A DNA stretch of 64,000 nucleotides, from NCBI RefSeq assembly GCF_009914755.1, contig NC_060931.1; one strand, 5' to 3'. Each line of letters starts with the position of its first letter. Position 1 is the stretch's first letter. Positions 13,662 to 31,605 of this stretch are shown here, one piece after another. Origin of the DNA: the human T2T-CHM13v2.0 reference genome, Homo sapiens. The notes under the pieces were generated by a model. The model ran no database searches and was not told the DNA's origin. It saw only the letters and a program-made list of their open reading frames with translations. The translations under genes and the position numbers were made by a program.

Positions 13662-14874
13662 TTATTCTGAACTAATGAAGTGAGATGGAAAGTGCTACTA
13701 TTCCTCTCTGGAATAGTTGTGTAGGGTTGGTGTTAGTTCTCCTGATGACTGGTATCATCAAGAATTGGTATAATTCAACGATGAAATCATCTGGGCCTGG
13801 AGTTTCCTTTGGACGAGGTTTTAAATTTAAAAAAGCAATTTATTTAACAATTATAAGTCCATGTAGATCATTTCATCTAGTATTAATTTTCTTAAGCTTC
13901 ATTTTCTAGGAATTTGTGTATTTCATCTAAATTCCCAAATTAATTGGCATAAAGTAATTCAAAATATCCTATCTTTTTAATGTCTATAGGATCTATAGTG
14001 ATGTTTCATTTTCATTTCTAACATTACTTATTTGTACCATCTCTCATTTTATTGATTAAACTTGCCAGGTAATCATCAGTTTTGTAAGATTTTTTGAATA
14101 ACCAACTTTCGCTTTTTTATAATCCTATTTTATGGATATTTTTTATTTCCTTAATTTCTGCTCTTTTTGTTTCCTTCCAAGTACTTACTCTATGTTTAAT
14201 CTACTGCTCTTTTCTTTTTAAAAAAAAAAAAAAACATTGTGGGTACCAATTAACTTCTTAATATATGCATTTAGCTTATTGATTTTTAACCTATTTCCTT
14301 TACTAAGTAGGCATTTTGTCTTCTTCAAAACTTTTTTTTTCTCCTTCACTCTTGAAAAATATTTTCATTGGGAACAGACTTCTAGATTGGCAGCTCTTGG
14401 CAAATTTCAGCCCTTTGAGGCTCCATGGTTTGTGCTCTCATTTCTGTTGTGCAATCAAGTACTGGCCTATTGTTGCTCTTTTGAAAGTAATCTCTCTTTA
14501 TCTCTGCCTGCTTTTAAAAATTTCATAAAATGTTTTTATTTATCCTGTTTGGGTTTATGTTTTCCTGTATTGCCCCAAATTTCTACAGTAAATGAGTAAA
14601 ACTTTTGTAATGGGGGAAAAAAACACATGCAGAAATGTTAATCTGATAAGCAGCATAATGGTAAATTCAGAATATCCCAAGAGCATAGGGGAAGGGGGTC
14701 CTAATGTGACAAATGTCCCAAACAGTCTAACTACAGACATCTTGGTTATCAAACAAAAGACCAGCACTGTGCAATAGAGCTTCTCACAGTTCTCCACTAA
14801 AATACTCCCAGGAAAACCATTTGCCATTTGTATGTAAGCAAACAAAATGGGTTGTTTGTCTGCAACCCACCTGT

Positions 14875-15300
14875 AGGTAAGGCTGATTCAACATTTGAAA
14901 ATCAGTTAATGTAATCCATCACATCAACAAGATAAAGAAGGAAAATCACGTGATTATATCAATAGATGCCAAAAAGCATATGACACCATTCACCACCCAT
15001 TCATAATAAAAACTCTCAGCAAACTAGGAAAATTTTCTCAACTTAATAAGGATATCTACAAAAAACCTACAGCTAACATCATACTTAATGGCAAGAACCT
15101 GGAAGCTTTCCCATTAATATCAGGAGCAAAGCAAGGATGTCTTCTCTCACCACTGCTTTTCAACATGGTACTGGAAGTCCTAATCAATGCAGTAAGACAA
15201 GACAGGGGAATACAAAGAAAACAGATTTGGAAGAAAGAAATAAAACGGTCTTTGTTTAGAGATAGCATGATTATCTATGTAGAAAATCCACTAATCAATC
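14875..15300 (+). mobile_element. L1M ORF2 (RT region) fragment
   Basis: GGCTGATTCAACATTTGAAAATCA...TTCAACATGGTACTGGAAGTCCTA...ATCTATGTAGAAAATCC. Confidence 0.8.
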
Positions 15301-15762
15301 TTAACAACCAGATGTTGTGTGCCACTTGATTGATGCACTAGGGAACAGTACAGCAACAATTATTAAGTATTCTTGCCAAAAACTGAATATATCGTCAATC
15401 GAGCCTTTAGTTGTAACTACCATTTTACAGGAATTACAAAGAAACACAGACTATATTAAAAGATACCAAAAGGACTCAATCAGCCAAATTTGGGATGTTG
15501 CAAATTCTAACGACAAATGACCCACCTTCTTCCACAAATAAGTAGCACACAAGAAAGGGAAACAGGATTGGAGCAATCACATTACAAGAAGTATAAACAA
15601 AGTACAATGTGAGAATCTTGTTTAGATATTACTCTGAGAAAAAAAGTTATAAAAACACATTCTTTTGGAAACTATCAGAGAAAATGAGATACATTTGAAT
15701 TTTCAGGAAATGCATTAAAATGCATTGTTAATTGTATTAGGAGTGATAATGGTATTGTGTTT

Positions 15763-16064
<302 letters not shown>

Positions 16065-16066
16065 TA

Positions 16067-16409
<343 letters not shown>

Positions 16410-19148
16410 GAATGGTAAGGTCATGTGAGGTTCAAACAATATGCAAAAGTAAAATGTACAACAAAAACAGCATAAAAGTTGGGATGGAGTTAATGGAGTT
16501 AAGTATTCTAAGTGCTATTGCTTATAAAATGATATAAACGTTAATTTACATTGACTTTAATAAGTCAAGCATGCCTGCGTCAATCACGAGGGCAACAACT
16601 AAAAGAACAATAATAAAAAAATAAATATTAAAAACCAACAGAATGGAAAACTTATAATAAAATTCCTTAGTTAAAAACAAAAGAAAGCAAAAAAATAGAG
16701 AAAAAGACAGCTGAAAAGGGGAGGAAAATAATGCAAATAATTAGATGCTAAATTTAAATTCAACTATATCAATTATCGTATTTCATGCAAACAGATAAAC
16801 ACTCAAAAAGATGAAAATTTTCCAAATGTTTAAGAAAACAAACCCAATTACATGTTATTAAAAAGTCCTTCAGATGGAAGCAGAGACACACGAAAGACTA
16901 AAGAGAAAATTTTTGGGTAAATCATGAATACTGACTGCATGACACAAAAATGGTAATGTCTTGTGGAGATATAACTTAAATATAAAGATACAAAAAAGGC
17001 TGAAAATAAAAACAAAAAGAAAAAAGTTGTACTATGCAAGCACTGACCTAAAAAAAAAAACTAGTGTTGCTTTACTAGTATTAGACAGACTTTAAGATGA
17101 GAAGGTGAGAAGGGCATTATAAAAAGGCCGATTCACCAAAAATATGTAACAATTCTTAACTAGTATAAACAATATACTAGTACCTAACAATATAGCATCA
17201 ATATGAAGTAACAATTGACATAACTAAAATGAGAAATTAACATAGCCATAGTCACAATGGAACATTTGTACACATCTCTCTCAGTAACCAATAACATAAG
17301 ACAAAAGAACTTTCTCCGTAACTAACAATTAAAGACAAAGGAGTAAAAGCACAGAACATATGAACGACATGATTAACTTAACTCTCCTCCAAGACCTAGC
17401 AAAAGAAGAGTAAATTAAACCAACAGGGTTAGGAAAGAGAAACAAAGACTAGAACAGAGGTAAAAGAAATAGAGAACAGAAAAACAACTGGGGAGAACAA
17501 AGAAACCAAAAGTCTGTTCTATGAAAAGATCAACTAAATGGACCCTTAGCTAGACTAAGAAAAAGAAGACACAGATAACTAAAATCAGAAATGAAAGTGG
17601 AGATAATACTACTAACCTCACACAAATAAAAGGAATTATAAGAAAATACTATGAACAACTATATACCAAAAAAAGTGGATAACCTAAATTAAATGGACAA
17701 ATTCTTAGAAATATGTAAATTACCAAAAATGACTCAAGGAGAAATGGACAATCGGAACAGACCTACAAGTCAAGAGATTGAACAATCAAAAAACTCCCAA
17801 CAAATAAAAGCTTAAGAGCAGATGGCTTCATTGCCAAACATTTTAAGAAGAATATTCTCAAACTCTTCCAAAAAAAATAGAAGAGGAAACACTTCACACC
17901 TCCTTCTCCGAGGCCAGCATTATCTTCATAACAAACCAGAAAAAGACATCACCAGAAAAGAAAACTATAATCCAATCCCTTATGATGTAGAAATTCTCAG
18001 CAGAATACTACCAAACCAAATACAACATCATATTAAAATATTTTACATTATTACCAAGTGGGATTTATTCCAGGAATGAAAGCAAGTCACATAATACATG
18101 AATCCATTTATATGAAATTTCCAGAACAGCTATATCCATAGTAACAGAAAACAGATTGGTGGTTATAAGGGACTGGTTTACGAGGTATGGGGAGTAACTG
18201 CTTAATGGGTACAGGATTTATGTTGGAGTAATAAAAATGTTTAGGAACTAGATAAAGGTGATAATTACACAAGACTGTAAATGTATGAAATGCCACTTCG
18301 TTGTTCATGTTAAAACAGTTCATTTTATGTTACGTGAATGCTACCTCAATAAAAAATTTTAAATCCCTGTTAAAGTTCCAGCTGCCTGTTTTGCAGGCTT
18401 TAAAAGCTGATCCCAAAATGCATATGGAAATGCATAGGAACCCAAAGACCCAAAATAATTTGAAAAAGAAGAAAGAAGATTCAAACACTGTGATTTCAAA
18501 ACGTACTCAAAGCTATGTTAATCAAGATTATGTGGTACCACCATAAGGATAAAAGTGAAGATCAAAGGAACAGAACTGGACAGTCCACAAATAAAACCCA
18601 TACACTTAGCGGCCAATTGATTTTGACAAGGGTACAAAGACAATTCAATGGGGAAAAAATAGTCTTTTCAACACATGGTACTGAGACAACTAGTTATTCA
18701 CAGGCAAATGAACCTCTCACATTGTCCACCAAAATTAACTCAAAACTGCTCAAAGAGCTAAAACAATAAAACTCTTGGATGAAAACATAAGGTAAATCTC
18801 TGTCACCTTGCATTAGGCAATTAGATATGACACCAAAAACATAAGCAACAGAAGGAGGAAAAAAAGATACAATGGACTTTTCAAAGTTAAAACTTTTTGT
18901 GCTTCAAGTTGGCAGCTCCTGAAAAAGTTAAATATAGAATTACTATATGACCCAGTAATTTTACTCGTAAGTGTGAACTGAAACATATATTCACACTAAA
19001 ACCTGTGCATGAATATTCCCAGCAGTATTACTCATAACAGCCAAAAGCTGGAAACAATGCCAACGTCCATCAGCTGAAGAACGGACAAAGAAAATATAGT
19101 ACATATCCATCCAAGAGAATAGTATTCAGCAAAAAAGCTGAAGTTCTA

Positions 19149-19451
<303 letters not shown>

Positions 19452-19807
19452 TCATGCTATAACACGCGCTAACTTGGAAAACATTATACTAACTGTAAGA
19501 AGACAGACACTATTGGAAGTTCTGAAATTAAATAATCCACATGATCACACTGTTTTGTAAATAAACTAAAAGCCACTAAATTATATACTTTAAAAAGTCA
19601 TTTTTATGCAAAGTAAATTATTTCTTAATTTTAAAATGGAAAGGATGAGCATCTATAATTTACTATGTACAAGATGTTAAAAAGTAAGCAATAATATAAA
19701 TATAAGAAAAAAGGAAACAAAAGAACAGAAATTAATAGAAGAAATGCCATAAAATAAGGATGGCAAGTATTCCAAAAATTACTTGTAAAAAAATTTAACA
19801 AGAGTTA

Positions 19808-20161
<354 letters not shown>

Positions 20162-20799
20162 CTATTATTAGGAATGAGGTACTATTTGGGCTTATCAAAT
20201 TGGCATTTGATATTTGATATTTGGCATTTGAATATTAGGGGCAGTTACACAAAGTCATTTTGAAAATTTAAATGAAATGTACAAAGTCTTAAAGAAAACA
20301 CAACTTAATAAAATTGATAAACAGAAAATCTAAATGGTCCTACAATTATTTATGGTGTTTGATTTGAAATACTAAACTCTTCCAGAGAACAGAAAAAGAG
20401 GCCCTATTCTCCTTACTCATTTTATGAGGTCACCATAATACTGATATTGAAACTTAAAGTCATTAAAAGAAAGAAAATGACAGTTCAGCATCTCTCATGA
20501 ACAGAAATGGAAACATCTTTTAAATAATAGTATACAAAAGAATCCCAAGATACACAAAAAAGATAATACATAGTAACCAAGATGAGTTTACTGCATGAAT
20601 AGAATTTGGTTTGTTATTTGAAAATCAACGCAATTCACCATATTAGCAGAATAAAGGAAATCATATAATCTCAATAGACGCAAAAAAATGATATGATAAA
20701 AACCCAATAGCCATTGATAATAGATAGTCACATAAAGCTAGGAATAAAAGGAAATTTCTTCAGTATGGTGGAGTATTTATAAAAAATCAACAGTAGGTA

Positions 20800-21115
20800 G
20801 GGGGCTGGGGCTCACACCTATAATCCCAACACTTTGGGAGGTTGACGTGGGCGGATCACAAGGTCAGGAGTTCGAGACCAGCCTGGCCAAGATGGTGAAG
20901 CCCTGTCTCTACTAAAAATACAAAAATGAGCTGGGCGTGGTGGTGGGTACCTATAATCCCAGCTACTTGGGAGGCTGAGGCAGAAGAATCGCTTGAACTC
21001 AGGAGGCAGAGGTTGCAGTAAAATGAGATCGTGCTACTGCACTCCAGCCCGGGCGACAGAGTGAGACTCCGTCTCAATCAATCAATAAATATAAATAAAT
21101 AAAAACAAATAAAAA
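20800..21115 (+). mobile_element. AluS (Sg-like)
   Basis: Dimer with A-rich tail. Confidence 0.85.
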
Positions 21116-21292
21116 CAGACCCAAACATGTAAGGATGCTTAATTTATGACAAAACTGACACTGCAGAACAGGGCAGGAAAGGATTCTTTTTTAAAAAAAT
21201 AAACAGCATTGAATCAAATGGATACCCATTGCAGTGGGGAAAAAAATCCCCACTTTAATGACTTTAAAAAAATTACAGACTTCAAAATGTGA

Positions 21293-21654
<362 letters not shown>

Positions 21655-22467
21655 ATGACTTTCTTAAACAGGATAAAATGCACTCACCAGATAAAGACAC
21701 CTGATAAACTGACTACATTGAAATTGGCTACTTCTTATCAAAAGTCATGAGGCAATGGAGAGAGAAGATATAGAGCAGAAAGGGACATTTACTCCTATCT
21801 AGAATACATTTAAAAATCCTATAAACCAATAAGAAAAAGACAATGCAAAAGAAACATTGACCAAAGCCTTGAATGTTCTTATATGGCCTTGCGATTGTCT
21901 GGCACTATCTACTAATGATGACTGAACGCAGAACACCCAATGAGGCAGCAATTCCACTTCCAAATACACAGTGAACATCAGTTAGTCCATGTGTATATCA
22001 AAAAACATGTACAGAAAGGTTATTAGTGCAATTATTCATCATAGCCCCAACCAGGATGCAATGTGAATATCCCTCAATAGTGGAAGGAATAAATCGTGGC
22101 ATACTCATACATTGACATATAGCAATGAAAATGGGTGAATTACAGCTGCACACATCATGGATGAATCTAACATACATAAAGAAAAAACACATATATTCAC
22201 AAAAGAATTTAAATTGTTAGGATTCCACAACGTTCAAAACCAGGCAAATCTACCTTACGGTGTTAGCAATCAAAATAGCAATTATTTTTAGAGAGGGGAG
22301 GGGCTGATGACCAGGAAAGAACTCTGAAGGTGCTATTAACATTCTATTTCTTGAGCTATTTGCTGGCTGTGCTCATTTTGTAATAATTCATCCAGCAGCT
22401 CATGTAAGACCTGTGCCCTTTTCTGTGTGTATGGTATACTCCAATTAAAAAACTTATTAAAAATCAT

Positions 22468-22540
22468 GTATATATGTATTATATATAATTATATATTATA
22501 TATATTACATATGTTATATGTTATATATATTATATATATA
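22468..22540. repeat. AT-rich low-complexity (TA)n
   Basis: Direct reading. Confidence 0.85.
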
Positions 22541-22575
22541 AAGTACTGGGAGGAGGCATCCAAATTTTAAAAGTC

Positions 22576-23201
<626 letters not shown>

Positions 23202-23629
23202 CTAAAAAGTCTTTATATGTTGTATACGGAAGTATTCACGGATAAAATGATATTATGTCTGTTATTAGATTTTAAATATTCCAATGCCTTCCCTACTGCC
23301 AAAACTGGGAAGATAGACAAAATCAGAACTGTAGAATGCTGATGGTTGTCAAAGCTAAGATGATGGCTACAAGGAATTGGTTATATTATTCTCTCTCCTC
23401 TTGAGTATTATAAAAATCCACAATAAAAAGTTTAAAAATATATAGTCATGAGTTAGAGTTCTGTTGCTTCTAATTAGGCAGCTTTCAGTGCTACATAGAC
23501 TGGATGAGGTTATTATAACCCAGGACTACAGCTTTTAATTTCAATGATTTATCTTGACAGTTGCAATTCAAGACATACTGTAGTTGAGGCTGTGTCAAAA
23601 CAAGATAAAATGGTCTCCTAAAATATGGT

Positions 23630-24060
23630 ACTGACTTACTGGTAATCAAAGAAATGCAAATTGAAGCAGTAATGAGGTACTATTTGGGCTTATCAAATTG
23701 GCAAAGATTTTTTTTAAACAGCAATATTCAGTGCTGCCTAGAGTTTAGCACGACAGGCATATTTGTTCGTTGACGGTGGGAGTGTAATTCAGTACCAACG
23801 TTTAGAAAAGTAACATGGCAAGATGATTAAAGAATCTGAAAAATATTCAAATCTGTTGACCTAGTAATTGCATTTCTAAAAATGTAGCCTATGGACATGA
23901 TGAAAATTATGAACAAAGACTGATGAATAAGCATGTTTATTCTAGCTTTATAATAATGAGACATTACAAACTCAAGATGATGACAAGATGTTCAATCCCA
24001 AGGAATGGCTAGATGATTTATGATATCACCCTTTAGCTAACACTAAAGATGTTATTTCAG
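23630..24060 (+). mobile_element. L1ME ORF2 end/3'UTR fragment
   Basis: ATCAAAGAAATGCAAATT...TTGACCTAGTAATTGCATTTCTA. Confidence 0.6.
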
Positions 24061-24219
24061 AACAATGGTCACGAAACCCAACATATCTGAGGAACATCCT
24101 CCTAACAATAGCAGGGTCAATCTAGATGTGACTCTCAGAAAGAGGGAGACTTATGTTTTTGTACCTCGTTCCCATTGAGAATAACTGTTTTAGAGGAGTA
24201 TTTGTTGACAAGGGGTAAC

Positions 24220-24513
<294 letters not shown>

Positions 24514-24788
24514 GCAAGGAGTAATTTTTATGTTACAATGATGAATTTTTTAAAAGCTGAAAACAAACTTATACATGCAGCATGGCATTAATAATATAAA
24601 TATATCTACACCAAAAAAATTAAGGTTTAGAAAGAAATACAACAAAAGTTTTGGGATCAGAAAACATGTATACATATACACTTTTTAATAGTATTGATAC
24701 TTAAGATGAGATTGATTGGGTTTAACAGTCTCTTGATATGCCTGATCTCCGCTATCCATTACAGTAGATACTTAAAACTCCCCTGCTC

Positions 24789-25092
24789 TGCCAGGCGTGG
24801 TGGTTTACGCTTGTAATCCCAGCACTTTGGGGGACTAAGGTGGGCAGATCATCTGAGGTCAGGAGTTTGAGACCAGCCTGGCCAACATGGTGAAACCCCA
24901 TCTCTACTAAAAATACAAAAATTAGCTGGACTTGGTAGCGCATGCCTGTAAACTCAGCTACTCGGAAGGCTGAGGCATGAGAATCACTTGAACCCAGGAG
25001 GCGGAGGTTGCAGAGAGCTGAGATCACACCACTGTACTCCAGCCTGAGCGACAGAGCAAGACTCTGTCTCAGAAAAAAAAAAAAAAAAAAAA
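24789..25092 (+). mobile_element. AluS
   Basis: Dimer with long A-tail. Confidence 0.9.
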
Positions 25093-26424
25093 ATTCTCCT
25101 GCTTAAAGATCAGAAATTTGGTAGAGAGTAGAAAAGACATGCCTTGAGTTCAGTAGAACCTAAGAAGATCATGCACATCAACTGAATCGTAGGACAGTGT
25201 GGCCAGAGTTTGAAGAGTCATGTACTCTACAGGTTACTTACAACAGGAAAGAGAAAAACAGAGCTTGACATCCACCCGGCAACTTGGTTAGTGTGCAGGA
25301 AGATATCACCTGTGTGAAGGAGTAAGCGGAGGGTGAAACCACAAGAAGAGATGAGTGCAAGAAAGCTGAGAGGCGCAAGATGCACACAGAAGAGGCTCAG
25401 AGCACTGGCAGCAGAATGTGAAAAAGAGGTACTGTAAGCAAAGTAACCATGTAATGGCAGAAATAAAATTCCCACTGGAATTTTAGTGTAAATACTACTG
25501 TGGTATTTACACTTTGGGAAAATCAAATGAGTAGTATGGAGCAATGTTTCCTCATCCTTTGGAGGTTGGGAGAAATTAGGTGAGGGTGCTTACTGACATT
25601 TTGAACAAGACAGTCCATAGTATGAAAATGACATGTGCCCTGAGAAGCAGAACGCAGAAATTTACAACATGGGAATTGTATGGAAAAGGACAAAGAAATG
25701 AGAATACTCAAAGAACGAATGACTAGTAAGGAATACAAAATGTAAAGAGCTGAAGACAAAATAGCTGAAAGAGAATAAATAAGTGGTAAGGTTTCTAGAG
25801 AAAGAAAGATGCAACTATAAAATCCTAAGGGCTACTCTATATACTTTCCATCTGAGAGAAGAGCTTTCTGAAAAATCTAAAACCACCACCACAAGATGAA
25901 CAAGAGAGGTGCCCTATCTACAGAATACTAAACAGAAATAAGAGAAACAATGTCATAAAAATCAATCAGCAGAAGATCATGTTATTGCCTAAACCAGGAT
26001 GTCATCTCAGACTCCCATGACTTCAAGCAACGTACTGACTTGGATGTCCGAGGATACTGACAAAAGTAAAATCTCTGGTAATGTTCCTGCACACAAAATC
26101 TATCCATCACTCCTGCATCAAATACAAATGAATAGAAATAATTGGACTCCATGTGTGCAGAAGACAGGGTATGAGAAGGATATTTAAGACAGCCAAATTA
26201 TGCTTCACAAAACGACTGAGACAAAGTAAATTTTAAAGGAATATAGGGCAGCCCAAACTATACATCTCTAAAATCAATAAGCCCTAGAGCAGGTCTATTT
26301 CTCCAGAAATATTACTTGTACCAATCTACAAGTTCCCAAAGTCCCAAATATTACAGCAAATACTCCCTCCCTGGAAAATTAATCATTCAAATGCAAAAAC
26401 TCTACAGTCCAGGGATGTTCAGAA

Positions 26425-26743
26425 TTTTTATTTTTTGAGACAGAGTCTTGCTCTGTCGCCCAGACTGGAGTGCAGCGGTGCAATCTTGGCTCAGTGCAAG
26501 CTCTGCCTGCCAGGTTCATGCCATTCTCCTGCCTCAGCCTCATGAGTAGCTGGGACTACAGGCACCCGCCACCATGCCTGGCCAATTTTTTTTGTTGGTT
26601 TTTTTTTTTTTTTTTGGTATTTTTAATAAAGACGGGGTTTCACCGTGTTAGCCAGGATGGTCTCGATCTCCTGAACTCGTGATCCACCCACCTTGGCCTC
26701 CCAAAGTGCTGGGATTACAGGAGTGAGCCACCGCGCCTAGTCC
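26425..26743 (-). mobile_element. AluY/Sc
   Basis: GTGTTAGCCAGGATGGTCTCGATCTC diagnostic. Confidence 0.9.
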
Positions 26744-27842
26744 AGAATGTTTTTAACCCATCAATTAACCTCCCTGTGCCGAAGCTTGGTCTTGCAAAAC
26801 AACAAAAACAAAAACCAGACTCATTAGAAGGTGACTCAGTCTGTGAAGTAAGCCCATAAAGTTTCCTCCCTGGAAAGCTTATTAGTGACAAGATGTGCCT
26901 GGGGGTACAGCACTCTACTTTATGTCTGACACATAAGAAAGTGAATCTGGAATGATAGGAAGATGAGCCCAGAAAGAAGAGTAGACCACACTTACACTAA
27001 CATTAGGATGCCAAAAATTAAGCCTTCCATGCAAAATCCTTCTTTATCTAATGTGCATTATTTACTAAATAATATATATATAATGGACACATGGTCAAAT
27101 AAGTGCTATAAATTCATCTCCTGAGACATCCCCACTGCAACACAGATAAAATGAAAATCAAATAAAGCTGGTTAAAACATACAATGAAACAAGCTCCTGG
27201 CCAGGAATTGGACCTAGCTGCCTGTTAGAGCACACATGCATGCAAAAATAACACCTACTCAAGATGAGCCTGTAAACCAAAATTCCAAAAGATACGTGGT
27301 AATCTAACATTTCAGAAAGAGAGCCAACCTAATCTACAATTAGAACATAGGCTTTAGTGGAAGAAAATTAAAGTGACAGGACAGGCAATTTTAAAATAAA
27401 TGGAAGACATGGCTTCATAAAGATGGCAACTTTTCCATATTAACCTACAAATTCAATGCATTCTAATCAATATCTCAAAGTCGTATGTGTGTGAAAACAA
27501 AAAACTGATTCTAAAATAAATATGAAAATGTAATTAAAGGCTAAGCACAGGCAAGACCATTTTGGAAAAAAACAATTTTGAAGAACATAGCATGTCTTTT
27601 ATGCTAGAAAACAAGGCTTACTATAAAGCTATGCTAACTTAGTGAGGTAATGTGACAAGAGAGAAAAACTAACCGATATAACACAGTAGAAAGCTCAGAA
27701 ATAGATTCATGCATATACGGAAACTTAATTATGAGAGGCAACCATTACAAATCATGGAAGTACAGAATGAATTATCCAACAAATGATGCTGGTTCAATCA
27801 TTTATCCACTTGGGGAGGGTGAAATATCCCTGTGTCTTATCA

Positions 27843-28214
<372 letters not shown>

Positions 28215-28463
28215 TTAAGTCCTTAAGTCCTTAATAAAACACGTTTGCAAGTCATAAAAAATCACAAACATCTCAAAAGAAAAAACTGGCAAGGAACCAA
28301 AACAGATACTTCAAAAAGAACAGAAATTGTTAACAAAAATATAAATTATTTCAATATCACAAATGATTAAACACATATTACAATAGACACATGTAATAAA
28401 AATATTCAGAGTTGCAATGTTCATAATAGACACAAATTGGAAACAATTTTAACTAATTAATTA

Positions 28464-29029
<566 letters not shown>

Positions 29030-29856
29030 CTACTAAAGAAGCTAGTCAAAATAAAAGACTATATTGAATGATTGGGAATAGTGGCTACCTTTGGAGGTGG
29101 GGGATGACAGGGAAGAAACAGGAAAAATGCCTTTGGAGTGCTAGTTATACTGGTGAGTTGAACTTACAGAAAGTCAGCTGTACACTTTTTATACACCTTA
29201 GTGATATAGTATACTGTAAAACATTAACATTAAAAATCAGACTTATATATGTTATTGTTTATAAAGCTGATAATGATGAAATATTAACATGTGGAGTTGT
29301 ACTTCATCATGTAAGAATGTGCAAAAATGACAAGACCATGAGATGTAACCTTACTAAAGGGCAAATTCGGAAATATCTGTTAAACTTTACAACTGTAGCC
29401 TCCTATCCCTGGAATTTGCCTTCCAGAATTTAAGTAAATGATCCGAAATATGTGCAAAGGTGTACATAAATTTTTGCAGTGCTATTTAATAGTAGATGGG
29501 TTAAGAAAATCATGACAAACCCAACTAATGAATATGCAGCAATTTAAACTTGAGGTAATATAATACTTAGACAAAGGATCATGATATATTACTAAGTGAA
29601 AAAAATCAGTAATCGAATCCTTCATTTTAGGAAAGTAGAAAAACAAGAGCAATTTAAGCTAAAGCGAGCAGAGGAAAAGAAATTATAAAAGTCAGAGCAG
29701 AAATCAATAAAATAGGTAAGAGAAAACCAAAAGAGAATAATCAACAAAACAAAAATTTGGCTCTGGAAAAATAAAATTACATTAACAAACTTCTAGCCGG
29801 GCTAATCAAGAAAAATGGAGAGAAGACACAAATTACCAATATCAAAAATGAAAAGA

Positions 29857-30219
<363 letters not shown>

Positions 30220-30340
30220 TCAAAATTCATTCAACATCACACATTGGCAGGCTAGTACAGAAAAATAATATGATCATATCAATTGACAATGAAAAGCATT
30301 TGACAAAAGCCAACGTCTATTCATGATAAAATCCTTAGCA

Positions 30341-30643
30341 GGCCAGGCGTGGTGGCTCACGCCTGTGATCCCAGCACTTTGGGAGGCCGAAGCGGGTGGA
30401 TCACAAGGTCAGGAGTTTGAGACCAGCCCAACCAACATAGCTGAACCCTGTCTCTATTAAAAATACAAAAATTAGCCACATGTGGTGGCGCACACCTGCA
30501 ATCTCAGCTACTCAGGAGGCGGAGGCAGGAGAATCACATGAACCCAGGAGGCGGAGGCTGCAGTGAGCTAAGAGCATGCCACTGCACTCCAGCCTGGGCG
30601 ACAGAGCAAGGCTCCATCACAAAAAAGAAAAAAAAAAAAAAAA
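30341..30643 (+). mobile_element. AluS (Sg-like)
   Basis: TSD AAAATCCT(T/C)AGCA. Confidence 0.9.
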
Positions 30644-31119
30644 ATCCTCAGCAAACAAGGAATTAAGGGGAACTTCCCCAACATAATAAAGAATATCTAC
30701 AGAAAACCTACAGCTAATAGCAAACTTAACAGTAAGAAACTGCATACTTTCCCCCTAAAACATAAGTCTTTACTAATCAAAATCACAGAACTTTATAGCA
30801 CAAAGAATGAGCCTTAATATATACAAATTCTATTACAGCTCTCTGGTCTTCTCCCCAAAACACATAAGCACAATTTAATCATAAGAAAAGTATCAGAAAA
30901 ATCCTAATCAAGGGACATTCTACAAAATACCTGACCAGTCCTGCTCAAAACTGTCAAGGTATCAAAGACAAGGGAAGTCTGAGAAACTGTCCAGCCTAGA
31001 GAAGCCTAAGGAAGTAAGTCCATTAAATGTAAGGTGCTATCCTGAATGGGATCCTGGAATATAAAAGGGGCATCCCTTCAGCCAAACCTAAAGAAATCTA
31101 AATAAAAGTATGAATTTTA

Positions 31120-31605
<486 letters not shown>

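Noticed and set aside
25100-26400. Repeat-poor purine-rich stretch; possible cryptic exon (GTAAGT on minus near 25235) or retrocopy
   Set aside because: No recognisable peptide, convincing splice pair, or poly(A)/TSD. It may be an ancient repeat I cannot name.
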